Source of the DNA: an uncultured Candidatus Saccharibacteria bacterium
Lineage (GTDB): Bacteria > Patescibacteriota > Minisyncoccia > UBA6257 > HR35
Assembly (NCBI GenBank): GCA_964655375.1
Contig: CAZZNB010000042.1
Location: forward strand, 8,564 to 72,563
Length of the DNA: 64,000 bases
Direction: 5' to 3'
The translations under genes and the position numbers were made by a program. Positions 42,473 to 52,957 of this stretch are shown piece by piece. The stretch's first letter is position 1, and each line of letters starts with the position of its first letter. The notes below the pieces were generated by a model, which was given only the letters and a program-made list of their open reading frames with translations, ran no database searches and was not told the origin of the DNA.

Positions 42473-43450
42473 TTATAACGTTAAACCAGTTTTTTTGAGT
42501 ACTATTTTTAAAGTCTTGTTTGCTATTGCATTTGCTTTTTTAGCTCCTTGACTTAAAATTTTTTTCACATAACTTTTACTTATTTTCTTTTTAATTTTCC
42601 TGGCTTTATCAAAATACATAAAGAAAGCCTCTATAATTGCTTTTTTGAATTCATAATATCCTTTCCCTTTAAATTCTTCTTCTATCTCTGTATAACTTTT
42701 TTTAGTTAAATATTTATAAATAGTCATCAAATTACTAATAGCTGGTTTATTTATTGGGTCATATTTTACTTCTCTACCAGAATCTGTTACTGCCTTTAAT
42801 ATTTTTTCTTTTATAATTTTTTCATCAGCAAATATTTCCAAACATCCTTCTGGCAAAGATTTCGACATTTTTTTATTTGGGTTATCTAAACTCATTATTT
42901 TTGCTGTTTCTTCTTGAATATACATTTCAGGAATTTTAAATGTTTTACCAAATAGCCTATTAAATTTTCTTGCTAATTCTCTTGTAAGTTCTACATGTTG
43001 TCTTTGGTCTTCTCCTACAGGAACTAAATCTGCATTGTAAATTAAAATGTCTGCTGCCATTAATACTGGATATATCAAGATTCCCCCACCTACTCCTTCT
43101 TTTTTATATCTTTCGCTTTGTTCTTTAAATTCATGCATTCTCATTAAATCACCTACCGAAGCAAGACAAGTTAATATCCATTGCAAATATAAATGAGCAG
43201 GAACATCTGATTGTAGAAATATTGTTGTTTTTTGGGGATCTACACCAAGAGCTATACAAGATGAAACAAGGTCATAAGTTAATCTTCTAATTTCCTTTGG
43301 ATCAAATGGAACTGTCTGAGCGTGTAAATTAGCTATCATTAAGAAAATTTCATATTTATTTTGCATATCTATAATTTCCTTTATCATCCCTAGATAATTC
43401 CCCAATTGTATCTCCCCTGTTGGTTTAATTCCTGTTAAAACTCTTTTCAT
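42473..43450 (-). CDS. trpS: Tryptophanyl-tRNA synthetase (bacterial type)
   Basis: TGIKPTG.IQLGNYLG, YPVLMAADIL, VPVGEDQ, KMSKS. Confidence 0.96.
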   Translation of the reverse strand: MKRVLTGIKPTGEIQLGNYLGMIKEIIDMQNKYEIFLMIANLHAQTVPFDPKEIRRLTYDLVSSCIALGVDPQKTTIFLQSDVPAHLYLQWILTCLASVGDLMRMHEFKEQSERYKKEGVGGGILIYPVLMAADILIYNADLVPVGEDQRQHVELTRELARKFNRLFGKTFKIPEMYIQEETAKIMSLDNPNKKMSKSLPEGCLEIFADEKIIKEKILKAVTDSGREVKYDPINKPAISNLMTIYKYLTKKSYTEIEEEFKGKGYYEFKKAIIEAFFMYFDKARKIKKKISKSYVKKILSQGAKKANAIANKTLKIVLKKTGLTL

Positions 43451-44559
43451 TTTTTAATATTTGCTAATTCATCTTTTAATTTTTTTGCTCTGCCTTTGTT
43501 GAAATGCTTATATATAGGTTCTAAAATTGAAATTAACTCTTGAATTAAACACTCTTTAAGATCTAATGGATGAATTTCTCCTCTTTTATAATCTTCCATT
43601 AATTCATCTCTTTTTTCTTCTTTGTAAATTTTAATACCAGTTAAAGTTTTAACTTTTATTTCTTTTTTAATAGGCAAGATTAGCCAATAAATCCAGTCTA
43701 ATGGGGGATTATATTCTATTTCATTAGGGGGACAAAAAGCTTTAATGATTTTCTTTTCAATTTCTTCTGGGGAATCGTGAATAAATATACAACTATCTGG
43801 CTTAGATTTGCTCATTTTTAAATCTATTGTCATTTCTTTAATTTCTTCTTTTGTAATAGGATATTTAGGTGGTTTTTGTAATCCTAATAAGATATGATGA
43901 TGAAGAGCGATAGGTTTTATTTTGTTTTTTCTTCTATCTAATAATGGATTAAATGATAAGTTCAAAGCAACATCTCTAGCAATAACATGGGCCTTTCTTT
44001 GATCTAAGCCAGCTTGAACTAAATTTGCTTTTAAAAGAAATATATCGGCAACTTGCATTATAGGATAACATAACTTTGCAAAATCTAATATGTCTTTTTC
44101 TTTTCTACCCATAATATCAATACTTCTTTGGACTCTGGATAAAGTTGTATTTTTAGAAATTTCTATAAAAGTAAGCCAATATTTATCATTATTATGATAA
44201 AGTTGGCTTCCTAAAATAAAGTCTAATTTTTGAGAATTACCTCCTAGGGTTTCTAAACAAACACTAAAACCTTCTTTATAATATCCTACAGCAATTTTCT
44301 GAATAGTTTTTAAATCTCCATTTAATTTATCATTAATATAACTATGCCAATCAGCTAAGAAAATTTGGCATTTAACTCCAGCTTTTTGAAAATCTGCTAC
44401 TTTTAGCATTGACATCAAGCCTGTTCCTAAATGAAGGAATCCTGAAATTTCAAAACCAATATAATGAATTAATTTTTCTTTGTTTTTAATTAGATTAACT
44501 AAATCTTCTTTGGTTAAAATTTCCTCTAAATTTTTTGTAATTAACTCTTCTTTAGTCAT
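43447..44559 (-). CDS. tyrS: Tyrosyl-tRNA synthetase (archaeal/eukaryal type)
   Basis: YIGFEISG.LHLG, ADWHS.IN, YPIMQVADI, GLDQRKAH, KMSKSKP, KAFCP, HPLDLK; no S4 domain. Confidence 0.93.
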   Translation of the reverse strand: MTKEELITKNLEEILTKEDLVNLIKNKEKLIHYIGFEISGFLHLGTGLMSMLKVADFQKAGVKCQIFLADWHSYINDKLNGDLKTIQKIAVGYYKEGFSVCLETLGGNSQKLDFILGSQLYHNNDKYWLTFIEISKNTTLSRVQRSIDIMGRKEKDILDFAKLCYPIMQVADIFLLKANLVQAGLDQRKAHVIARDVALNLSFNPLLDRRKNKIKPIALHHHILLGLQKPPKYPITKEEIKEMTIDLKMSKSKPDSCIFIHDSPEEIEKKIIKAFCPPNEIEYNPPLDWIYWLILPIKKEIKVKTLTGIKIYKEEKRDELMEDYKRGEIHPLDLKECLIQELISILEPIYKHFNKGRAKKLKDELANIKK

Positions 44560-44585
44560 TTTATTTATAATTATATAACAACAAA

Positions 44586-44975
44586 ATGAGAGAAATAGAA
44601 ATTATAGTTAGGGCTTTAATAAAACATAAAGGTTCACTCCTTCTATGTAAAAATAAAAACAAAGATTACTATTTTCTACCGGGAGGACATATAGAATTTG
44701 GTGAAACTTTAGAAGAAGGTTTAATAAGAGAAATTTCAGAAGAAATTGATTTGAAAATTACAAAGCCTAAATTATTGGCTGTTTTAGAGAATTTTTTTGA
44801 ACAAAACAACAAATTGATTCATGAAATTAATTTTATTTTTGAAGCGAAAGTTACTAAAAGCAATTTTACAGTTAAAGAAAAACATTTGGAATTTAATTGG
44901 TTTTCAAAAAAAGAAATTAAAAAATTAAATATATTACCTGTCGAAATTAAAAATTTTTTGAATAAATATGTATAA
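44586..44975 (+). CDS. NUDIX hydrolase
   Basis: PGGHIEFGET..EGL.REISEE. Confidence 0.9.
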   Translation: MREIEIIVRALIKHKGSLLLCKNKNKDYYFLPGGHIEFGETLEEGLIREISEEIDLKITKPKLLAVLENFFEQNNKLIHEINFIFEAKVTKSNFTVKEKHLEFNWFSKKEIKKLNILPVEIKNFLNKYV

Positions 44976-45366
44976 ATTTTTAGAGCATGCTGCAGATTTT
45001 AAAATCCAAGTAATTTCAGATAGTTTAGAGAATCTGTTTAGAGAATCTGTTTTAGCTCTAAATGCTTTTTTAAAACCTAAACTAGGAGAAAAAACAAAAA
45101 AAGAAGAAATTACCTTAGCCTCAGAAAGCATAGAATTGTTATATATAGATTTCTTATCTCAGATTTTAAGCAAGATATATATTGATAAAATGATATTCGA
45201 AGTAATTGACATTAAAATAAATTTAGAAAAAAATTCATTAATTACAAAATTAAAAGGAACTGAATTCAAAAAAATTAAAAAAGATATCAAAGCTGTTACT
45301 TATCACCAAACAAAAATAGAAAAAATTGATAGTGGATATTTAGGAGAGTTTATTATTGATGTATAG
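44968..45366 (+). CDS. Archease
   Basis: [10 protein letters not shown]-terminus, DIKAVTYH, terminal IIDV. Confidence 0.92.
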   Translation: MYKFLEHAADFKIQVISDSLENLFRESVLALNAFLKPKLGEKTKKEEITLASESIELLYIDFLSQILSKIYIDKMIFEVIDIKINLEKNSLITKLKGTEFKKIKKDIKAVTYHQTKIEKIDSGYLGEFIIDV

Positions 45367-45637
45367 GAATAACTTCAACTACTTTTCTCCATCTTCTACT
45401 ACCATCAAAGTTAGTCTTTCTTATTGTTTTAAAATGAACCACTCCTGAAACTTTAGCATATAAAGTATCATCATCTCCCACTTCCACATTTTTACCAGGT
45501 AAATATTTTGTTCCTCTTTGTCTTACAATTATTTCTCCAGCCTTAACAAATTCACCACCAAATCTTTTTACTCCTAGTCTTTTACTCTCGGAATCTCTAA
45601 TTGATTTTGCTGAACCTGAGGCCTTTTTCTCCGCCAT
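45353..45637 (-). CDS. rpmA: 50S ribosomal protein bL27
   Basis: [22 protein letters not shown]. Confidence 0.97.
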   Translation of the reverse strand: MAEKKASGSAKSIRDSESKRLGVKRFGGEFVKAGEIIVRQRGTKYLPGKNVEVGDDDTLYAKVSGVVHFKTIRKTNFDGSRRWRKVVEVIPIHQ

Positions 45638-45645
45638 TTTATCAT

Positions 45646-46359
45646 TTATATTATACCATATTTTTTAATTTTTTCTACAATTTTTTGAAATTTTTTAGTT
45701 TTTAAGCTTTGTGAGCCAATTAAGAATCCTTTTAAGTTTAATTTTAAATAATCTTCAATATTTTTATAAGAAACAGATCCACCATAAAAAATATCTGTAT
45801 CTGTTTTTGTTTTAATCCAATTTAAAAATTCCTCAACTAATTCTATTGGGACAGGACCAATTTTCTCTGTGCTTATAGCCCAAGCAGGTTCATAAACAAT
45901 TTTTATTTTTTTCAATTCACTTATATCTTTGAATAAAATTTCATATTCTTTTTCCCACAATTTTTTTAATTTTATTAAATTAACAATTTTTTGCTGTTCA
46001 CCAAAACAAACTACAGGAATTAATTTATTTTCTAAACACACTTTTATTTTCTGGTTAGCTATTTTTAAATTTTCTCCCATTCTTCTTCTTTCTGAATGAT
46101 TAATAATAACAAATTTACATCCAATATTTTTGAGCATTTTAATAGAGATTTCTCCTGTATAAGCTCCTTTATTTTGATGATGTACATTTTGGGCTCCGAA
46201 AATGAAATATCTTTTATATTTTTTTATCAAGATAGGTAAAAATACAAAAGGAGGAGTTATCCAAATATGCTTATATTTCAGCTTTTTGTAAAAATTAACT
46301 AATTTTAATGCTTGATTGATAGTTAAAGGCTCCATTTTCCAATTAGCTACAAGGATCAT
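45646..46359 (-). CDS. tpiA: Triosephosphate isomerase
   Basis: ANWKM, GAYTGE, HSERR, YEPAWAI, YGGSV. Confidence 0.95.
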   Translation of the reverse strand: MILVANWKMEPLTINQALKLVNFYKKLKYKHIWITPPFVFLPILIKKYKRYFIFGAQNVHHQNKGAYTGEISIKMLKNIGCKFVIINHSERRRMGENLKIANQKIKVCLENKLIPVVCFGEQQKIVNLIKLKKLWEKEYEILFKDISELKKIKIVYEPAWAISTEKIGPVPIELVEEFLNWIKTKTDTDIFYGGSVSYKNIEDYLKLNLKGFLIGSQSLKTKKFQKIVEKIKKYGII

Positions 46360-47036
46360 TTTAGTGGGAAATTTAATAACGACAAAATTACAAAAATAGC
46401 TGTTTCAGTTTTGAGAGTTATTTTGCCTAAACTTATAATTTTACAATCTTTTTCTTCAAAAATTTTCTTTTCTTTATCAGAGAAACCTCCTTCAGGACCC
46501 ACTACTATATTTATAGGATCTTTAATATTTTTAACATCTAAAACCTCACCATCTTTCTCCAAAATAAAGCAATTTTGTGGAAGATCTTTAACCTTAATAG
46601 GAGTTCCAATCTCAGGTAAATATCCCCACTCTGATACTTCTAAAGAAGAATGTAAAATTTTCTCCCATCTTTTTGAAACTTCAGTTGTTGACCAGGAAGA
46701 TCTTTCTGTAATTAAAGGAATAACCCTTTTCACACCTAATTCACTAGCCTTTTCTAAAATGAGTTCAAAGTTATTCTTTCGAATAAAGCTCAAAAATAAA
46801 TTAACCTCTCTTGGTGGGAGTAATGATCGCTTATAGCATTCTACTCTTTTAAATTTCCATGTAGAAGGATCAATTAAAACATATATTCCTTCGTATAAAT
46901 CATTGCCAACAAAAAATATAGTATCACCTGGTTTTAATTTATAAACTTTTTTAATTCGATGTTGAATTTTTTTATCTTCTATTTCTAAAAATTCTTTGTT
47001 TTGAATTTCTGTTTCTAAAAATATTTTTCTTTTCAT
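46356..47036 (-). CDS. rsmE: 16S rRNA m3U1498 methyltransferase
   Basis: EKASELGV, VGPEGGFS, LG..TLKTETA. Confidence 0.92.
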   Translation of the reverse strand: MKRKIFLETEIQNKEFLEIEDKKIQHRIKKVYKLKPGDTIFFVGNDLYEGIYVLIDPSTWKFKRVECYKRSLLPPREVNLFLSFIRKNNFELILEKASELGVKRVIPLITERSSWSTTEVSKRWEKILHSSLEVSEWGYLPEIGTPIKVKDLPQNCFILEKDGEVLDVKNIKDPINIVVGPEGGFSDKEKKIFEEKDCKIISLGKITLKTETAIFVILSLLNFPLK

Positions 47037-47773
47037 TTTGCAATAGTAATTAAGATAATATTTTTTGCCCCCTTTTCTTTTAAAATTCTGCTACACTCAA
47101 AAGCAGTAGCTCCTGTAGTTACCACATCATCAATTAAAATTATATTTAAAGGTGGGGTATCTAAGCATTGAAAAGCAGATTTTACATTTTTTATTCTCTC
47201 TTTATATCCTAATTCTGTTTGTAATTTTGTAGGCCTTATTTTAATTAATCCATCCCAAATTCTTAAATTTGTTTTAATTGACAAAATTTGAGCTAATATT
47301 CTAGTTTGGTTAAACCTTCGTTTTCTTTCATCTAAATAATACATAGGTACATAAGTTATATAATAATCTTTAAAGTTTAATTTAGAATTTTCTAATTCTT
47401 TATAGATCAAATTCCCGAAAAATTCAAAAATTTTGTAAAATCTTCCGATTTTTCCTAATTTTATTAAGTTTTTAATTTGTTCTACTTCATAATCACAAAA
47501 TGTCACCAAAGACTTTATAATATTAGAGCAGCATATAGTGCTTATATTTTCTGTAATTGGTTTTCTTCTTTTGCATTTAGGACAAAATATTTTTAAATTA
47601 AAATCAATTTTTTTTAGGCAATCTTTACATAAATATCCATAATTTAAAAATCTTTTACATTCAATGCAAAAGTAGGGGAATAAAAAATCTTCTAAAATGT
47701 TATATAATTTAAAAATGCTTAGCCTAACATTAGGTAAAAGGATTTTAGGAATTGATTTAGGAACAAAAAACAT
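47033..47773 (-). CDS. comF: ComF family competence protein (double zinc ribbon plus PRTase); start uncertain
   Basis: FP..CIEC, LC..C, CPKC, RRFNQ, LIDDVVTTGAT. Confidence 0.88.
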   Translation of the reverse strand: MFFVPKSIPKILLPNVRLSIFKLYNILEDFLFPYFCIECKRFLNYGYLCKDCLKKIDFNLKIFCPKCKRRKPITENISTICCSNIIKSLVTFCDYEVEQIKNLIKLGKIGRFYKIFEFFGNLIYKELENSKLNFKDYYITYVPMYYLDERKRRFNQTRILAQILSIKTNLRIWDGLIKIRPTKLQTELGYKERIKNVKSAFQCLDTPPLNIILIDDVVTTGATAFECSRILKEKGAKNIILITIAK

Positions 47774-48764
47774 AAAAATAGTAGAAGTAGAAAAATTTAA
47801 AGATTCCCTTATGTTATTAAATTATATTATAATTGAATTCAAAGCTGAAACACAAATCTCTAGTATATTACAAACATCCCAAATTTTTGAAGAAAATTTA
47901 GGTAAAATACTAGAAGAAGCCAGTAAAGAATTCAAAACAAAAAATGTAGTATTTTCAATCCCTTCTTCTTATGTATTTTCCAGTTATTTTTCCTTACCTC
48001 ATATGCCAATTTCTACTTTAAAACAAGCTATTTTTTACGAATCCAAAAAATATCTTCCAACATCAGAAAAAGATTATTATATAGATTGGAGAAATTTATT
48101 ATTACAACCTGTTGGGATAGAAACAACTCCTAAATGGTTTATTTTCTTTTCAGCTACTCCAATAAATTTTATCGAAAAACTTAAAAGTGTATCTAATATA
48201 GCAAGATTGAAATTTAAAGCTGCAGAAGTAGAATTTTATGGATTAGAAAATTTATTTAAAAATGTTAATGATAATATTATAGTTGTGGATATAGGATATG
48301 GATATAGTTACTCTATTCTAATTACAGAAAATAAAGTAATATTCATACAAAAAATTAAAATATCAACTAGGTCTGTAATAGATACTATAAAAAGCTTATT
48401 AGAAATAAGCGATGAAGAAGCAGAAAATTTTTTGATTAAAAAAGGATTTAAATTAATGCCTGAAGAAATTGAGTTAAAGAATAATTTAGAAGAAATTTTA
48501 AATAATTTATCTTTAGAAATTAATAAAACAAAAGATAATTTAGAAGAAAGATTTAATACTAAAATTAAAGGGATATATTTTATAGGTGGATTAAGCTTGG
48601 TACCAGGTTTTTTAGAAAAAATATCTGAAAAAATTCCCACAGTTCCCGTAAATGTATTTAATCCTCTAGATTTTATAAATGTGGATAAATCTCTAAAAAA
48701 TTTACAAATAGGTCCGATACTTACAAATGCTTTAGGAGTTTGTTTAAAATATTTTTATCCTTGA
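47715..48764 (+). CDS. pilM: Type IV pilus assembly protein PilM
   Basis: LGIDLGTKNIKIVE, VDIG, GGLS.VPG, NP, ALG; actin-like fold; ATG 6 nt after TATAAT. Confidence 0.85.
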   Translation: MLSLTLGKRILGIDLGTKNIKIVEVEKFKDSLMLLNYIIIEFKAETQISSILQTSQIFEENLGKILEEASKEFKTKNVVFSIPSSYVFSSYFSLPHMPISTLKQAIFYESKKYLPTSEKDYYIDWRNLLLQPVGIETTPKWFIFFSATPINFIEKLKSVSNIARLKFKAAEVEFYGLENLFKNVNDNIIVVDIGYGYSYSILITENKVIFIQKIKISTRSVIDTIKSLLEISDEEAENFLIKKGFKLMPEEIELKNNLEEILNNLSLEINKTKDNLEERFNTKIKGIYFIGGLSLVPGFLEKISEKIPTVPVNVFNPLDFINVDKSLKNLQIGPILTNALGVCLKYFYP

Positions 48765-48794
48765 TATATTTTTGAATTAGGTTATAATTTTTAG

Positions 48795-49307
48795 ATGATA
48801 AAAGAATTTTTAGAAATTTTACCTAAAAAATTAATAGCGGTTCTTTTGTTAATTTTATTTTTCCAAATTTTATTATCTTTTGGCTTAAATCATTTTTCTA
48901 AAATAAATGAAAGAAAGATTCAAGAAATGAATCAAAAAATAATTACATTAACACAAGAATATGCTAATAAATTTTTAGAAAAAGATTATAAAGGAGTTCT
49001 GCATTTAATTGCTATAGATCATCTTTTAACGAAAAGAAAAAAAATAATACCAGTTTTAGAAAATTTACCAAGATATTTACCTAAAAATTTAAAAATAAAT
49101 TCTTTAACAATAGATAATTTGAATTCTCAAATCAAAATTGCTGGAAATATTCCGAATTGGATAGAATATGCAAAGATAAAGAAGTATTTTGAATCCAAGG
49201 GAGATATTTTCCCTAATTTTAAAATTGATAAATTATCTTTTAATCAACAAATGTTTTCGGTTGATTTAGAAATAAGCTTTAATATTAGTCCAATTTTATA
49301 TCAATAA
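48795..49307 (+). CDS. PilN-like protein
   Basis: TM, coiled coil, LP.NL.I.SL...I.I.G; follows pilM. Confidence 0.65.
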   Translation: MIKEFLEILPKKLIAVLLLILFFQILLSFGLNHFSKINERKIQEMNQKIITLTQEYANKFLEKDYKGVLHLIAIDHLLTKRKKIIPVLENLPRYLPKNLKINSLTIDNLNSQIKIAGNIPNWIEYAKIKKYFESKGDIFPNFKIDKLSFNQQMFSVDLEISFNISPILYQ

Positions 49308-49882
49308 TGAGGTTATTTATAAATTTGTTAATTATAATTTTGATTTTTGTAAATATACAACAATTTTTTAATAATTTGGCGCCAGCTTATAAAAATTATT
49401 TAAATTCAGTTCAAAACAAGAATGAAGCTTATAATAAATTTCGGCAAGTTGAATTTATTGGTAAGTTTTTTGATGATTTTAAAAATCAAAAAATAAATGA
49501 GCTATCTTCTATAAACCAAATTGAAGAAAAAGGAGAATTAGATATATTACTCCCTAAAAAATTTGAAGATTATGAATTAGTTTTGATTATAAATAGCATC
49601 TTTAGAAGTTCAGGATTTAATGATCCTAATATTTATCAATTTCAAGAAGAAAAATTAAGTCATCCACAATTAAGTTTTTTAAATTTACTTAAAAAGAATT
49701 TTTCATTTAAAATAGAAGGTACCTACGGAGATATGGTCAATCTTATAAAAAATTTTGAAAATCATTCAAGAATTTTCGAAATTAATAATTTAAGTCTAAG
49801 TAGGGAAGAAGACAAAATTAGTCTTGAAGCCAATTTAGGGGTTTATTATTTAGGAGAAATTAAACCATTATTAGAAAAATGA
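49307..49882 (+). CDS. PilO-like protein
   Basis: TM, LLP, F.IEGTY.D...LI..FEN..RIFEI. Confidence 0.75.
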   Translation: MRLFINLLIIILIFVNIQQFFNNLAPAYKNYLNSVQNKNEAYNKFRQVEFIGKFFDDFKNQKINELSSINQIEEKGELDILLPKKFEDYELVLIINSIFRSSGFNDPNIYQFQEEKLSHPQLSFLNLLKKNFSFKIEGTYGDMVNLIKNFENHSRIFEINNLSLSREEDKISLEANLGVYYLGEIKPLLEK

Positions 49883-50163
49883 ATATAACAAAAAATCAAT
49901 TATTGAATATAGTTTTTGCATTAGCATCTATTTTTTTAGTTGGGGCAATATTATGGATAGCTTTATGGGAATTTAATATTCTTAAAAAAGAATCATCATT
50001 GCCAGCAGAAATTTTAAAAATTCAACAAGAATTGAAATATATTTCGGAGATGAATTTAAGAGATATTTTAGAAAAATTGGTTAATCTTAATATAATCCCA
50101 CAAGTTTTGGAAATACCAGAAATTAAAGAAGAAGAAATAGGTAAGACTACTTTATTTGAATGA
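49879..50163 (+). CDS. Small TM protein of the pilus operon
   Basis: One TM helix, C-terminal EIGK..LF; overlapping start/stop codons with neighbours. Confidence 0.65.
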   Translation: MNITKNQLLNIVFALASIFLVGAILWIALWEFNILKKESSLPAEILKIQQELKYISEMNLRDILEKLVNLNIIPQVLEIPEIKEEEIGKTTLFE

Positions 50164-51881
50164 AAGAATTCGAAAACTTTATTAAAGAAAAATTGAAAGA
50201 TCAAATTCCTGAGATTGATGAGATAATAAAAGAAGCGAATGAAGCAAAAATTAGCATTGAAGAATTTTTATATTCTTTAGGGAAACTAGATGAAAATTTT
50301 ATAGAATTAAAAAAAGAATTTTTTAACTTACCCATAAAAAAATTTGAAGCAGAAGAGAAAATCCCTAAAGAAATATTAATTTTAATTTCTGAAGACTTTG
50401 CTAAAAAAAATAAAATTGTGTCTTTTGATAAAAGAGAGAATGAGATATACATAGGAGTTGTAGATCCCTCGGTTGAGAATTTTAATGAAATTGTCAATTT
50501 TATAAAGAACTCTCTTAATCTTGAACCAAAGATTTTTTTGATTTCTATAAAAGATTTTTATAATGTAATAAAACAATATAAAGAATTTGCTGATACATTA
50601 AAGGATATACTTTTCCAAATTAGAGAAACTAAAAAACCTATTATAGAAGAAAAAGCCATTGAATTAGGTGCAGAAATCTTACCCTCAGAAGAAGCTCCCA
50701 TTATTAAATTAGTACAATCTTTAATTGAAGAAGCTGTTTATCTAAGAGCTTCAGATATTCATATCGAACCTTTAGCTAAAAAAACAAAGATCAGATTTAG
50801 AATTTTAGGAGAACTTAAGACAATTGCTTATTTACCAAAAGATATTCATGAGCAAATTGTAAATAGGATTAAGGTTTTAAGTAGATTAAAGTTAGATGAG
50901 ACAAGAATACCTCAAGATGGAAGGATAAGAGTTATAGTTCAGGGTAGGGAAATAGATCTTAGAATTGGAATTTTACCAACTGTTGCAGGTGAAAAAGTAG
51001 CTATAAGAGTATTAGATCCTTTAGTGGGGTTAAAGAAATTAGAAGATTTAGGAATGTTAGATTATACTCTAGAAAAAGTATATAGAGAAATTACAACACC
51101 CTATGGTTTGATATTGATAACCGGGCCAACGGGTTCAGGTAAAACAACAACTCTTTATGCTATTTTACAAAAATTAAATAGAGAGGACGTTAACATAATA
51201 AGCTTAGAAGATCCTGTTGAATATAGAATAGAAGGTGTTAACCAATCTCAAGTAAGACCTGAGATAGGTTATACATTTGCGACAGGATTAAGAGAAATTT
51301 TAAGACAAGATCCAGATATAATTTTGGTAGGAGAAATAAGAGATTTAGAAACTGCAGAACTTGCAATTCATGCCTCTTTAACTGGCCATATAGTTCTTTC
51401 TACATTACATACAAATAATGCATTAGGGGCAATTACAAGACTTATAGATATAGGAATTGAAAGATATTTATTACCTCCAACCTTAAAACTCGTAATAGCT
51501 CAAAGACTAGCAAAAAAATTATGCGATGAATGCAAAAAAGAATCCAAGCCTTCAGAAGATTTAATAAAAATAATTGGAGAAAACTTAAGTAAATTAGATA
51601 AGAAGATTTTAGATAAATATAAAATAGATTTTAATAATTTAGTTATTTATCATCCTGTAGGATGCAATAAGTGTAATAATAAAGGTTATACGGGAAGAAT
51701 AGGTATATTTGAAGTAGTTATAATTACTGATGAAATGGAAAATGCAATTTATGAAGGTAAAACAGAAACAGAATTAGAAAAATTATTGCCAAAGCAAAGC
51801 TTTATTAATTTAAGACAAGATGGTATTATAAAAGCTTTATTAGGTTATGTTACATTAGAAGAAATATTAAAAATAACTTGA
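50160..51881 (+). CDS. pilB: Type IV pilus assembly ATPase PilB/GspE
   Basis: ASDIHIEP, PQDGR, GPTGSGKTT, LRQDPD, GEIRD, tetracysteine motif. Confidence 0.93.
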   Translation: MKEFENFIKEKLKDQIPEIDEIIKEANEAKISIEEFLYSLGKLDENFIELKKEFFNLPIKKFEAEEKIPKEILILISEDFAKKNKIVSFDKRENEIYIGVVDPSVENFNEIVNFIKNSLNLEPKIFLISIKDFYNVIKQYKEFADTLKDILFQIRETKKPIIEEKAIELGAEILPSEEAPIIKLVQSLIEEAVYLRASDIHIEPLAKKTKIRFRILGELKTIAYLPKDIHEQIVNRIKVLSRLKLDETRIPQDGRIRVIVQGREIDLRIGILPTVAGEKVAIRVLDPLVGLKKLEDLGMLDYTLEKVYREITTPYGLILITGPTGSGKTTTLYAILQKLNREDVNIISLEDPVEYRIEGVNQSQVRPEIGYTFATGLREILRQDPDIILVGEIRDLETAELAIHASLTGHIVLSTLHTNNALGAITRLIDIGIERYLLPPTLKLVIAQRLAKKLCDECKKESKPSEDLIKIIGENLSKLDKKILDKYKIDFNNLVIYHPVGCNKCNNKGYTGRIGIFEVVIITDEMENAIYEGKTETELEKLLPKQSFINLRQDGIIKALLGYVTLEEILKIT

Positions 51882-51898
51882 TATATAATTAATTAATA

Positions 51899-52957
51899 AT
51901 GGAAGAAAAATTGAAAAGAATATTTTATACAGCAAGCCAAAGGAATGCCTCTGATGTCCATATAGTGCCTGCAAGATTTCCTACTTTAAGGATAGATGGT
52001 GAACTTATTAATTTAACGGAAGAAGGAATTTTAACTTCTAAAGAAAGCGAAAAAATGCTTCTTTCATTATTGACAGATGAGCAAATTAAATATCTTAATA
52101 AATTTAAAGATATAGACTTCTCTTTTGATGTTGATGAAAAGATAAGATTAAGAGCTAATATTTATTATCAAAGCAACGGCCTTGCAGGAGCTTTTAGAAT
52201 AATTCCTTCACAAATTAAAACAGTTGAAGAATTAAACTTGCCCCCTGTTTTGAAAGAATTTGTTAAAAAAAGACAAGGTTTTATTTTAATTACAGGGCCT
52301 GCAGGGATGGGCAAGTCAACAACATTAGCAGCTTTAGTAGATGAAATAAATCACTCAAGGCCAGCACATATAATAACTATTGAAGAACCAATTGAATATG
52401 TTTTTACGCCAGATTTAGCTTTAATTTCTCAAAGAGAAATACCTAAAGATGCTCCTAATTGGCATAGAGCATTAAGAGCTGCTTTAAGGGAAGATCCAGA
52501 CGTTATTATGATAGGTGAATTAAGAGATGCGGAATCTATTCAAATAGCCTTAACTGCAGCAGAAACAGGGCACTTAGTTTTAGGAACCCTACATACAAAT
52601 TCTGCTTCTCAAACAATTGATAGAATTTTAGATGTTTTGCCTGAAGGTCAAAAAAATCAAGCAAGATTTCAATTAGCTTCAACTTTAATAGGTATAGTTT
52701 CGCAAAGGTTAGTTCCTAGAATAAAAGAAGGCAGAATACCTGCTTGTGAAGTTTTGATTGCAAATGCTGCTGTAAGGAATTTAATAAGAGAAAATAAAAT
52801 TTATCAAATAGATTTAGTAATAGAAACAAGTTTAGAGCAAGGAATGATAACCTTAGAAAGGTCTTTAGCTACACTAGTCAATTTACAAGAAATAACTTTA
52901 GAAACAGCATTGCAGTTTGCTATTAACATGGATAGGCTAAAAAGTTTATTAACATGA
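51899..52957 (+). CDS. pilT: Pilus retraction ATPase PilT
   Basis: GPAGMGKSTT, LREDPDVI..GELRD, AETGH, AVRNLIRE. Confidence 0.95.
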   Translation: MEEKLKRIFYTASQRNASDVHIVPARFPTLRIDGELINLTEEGILTSKESEKMLLSLLTDEQIKYLNKFKDIDFSFDVDEKIRLRANIYYQSNGLAGAFRIIPSQIKTVEELNLPPVLKEFVKKRQGFILITGPAGMGKSTTLAALVDEINHSRPAHIITIEEPIEYVFTPDLALISQREIPKDAPNWHRALRAALREDPDVIMIGELRDAESIQIALTAAETGHLVLGTLHTNSASQTIDRILDVLPEGQKNQARFQLASTLIGIVSQRLVPRIKEGRIPACEVLIANAAVRNLIRENKIYQIDLVIETSLEQGMITLERSLATLVNLQEITLETALQFAINMDRLKSLLT

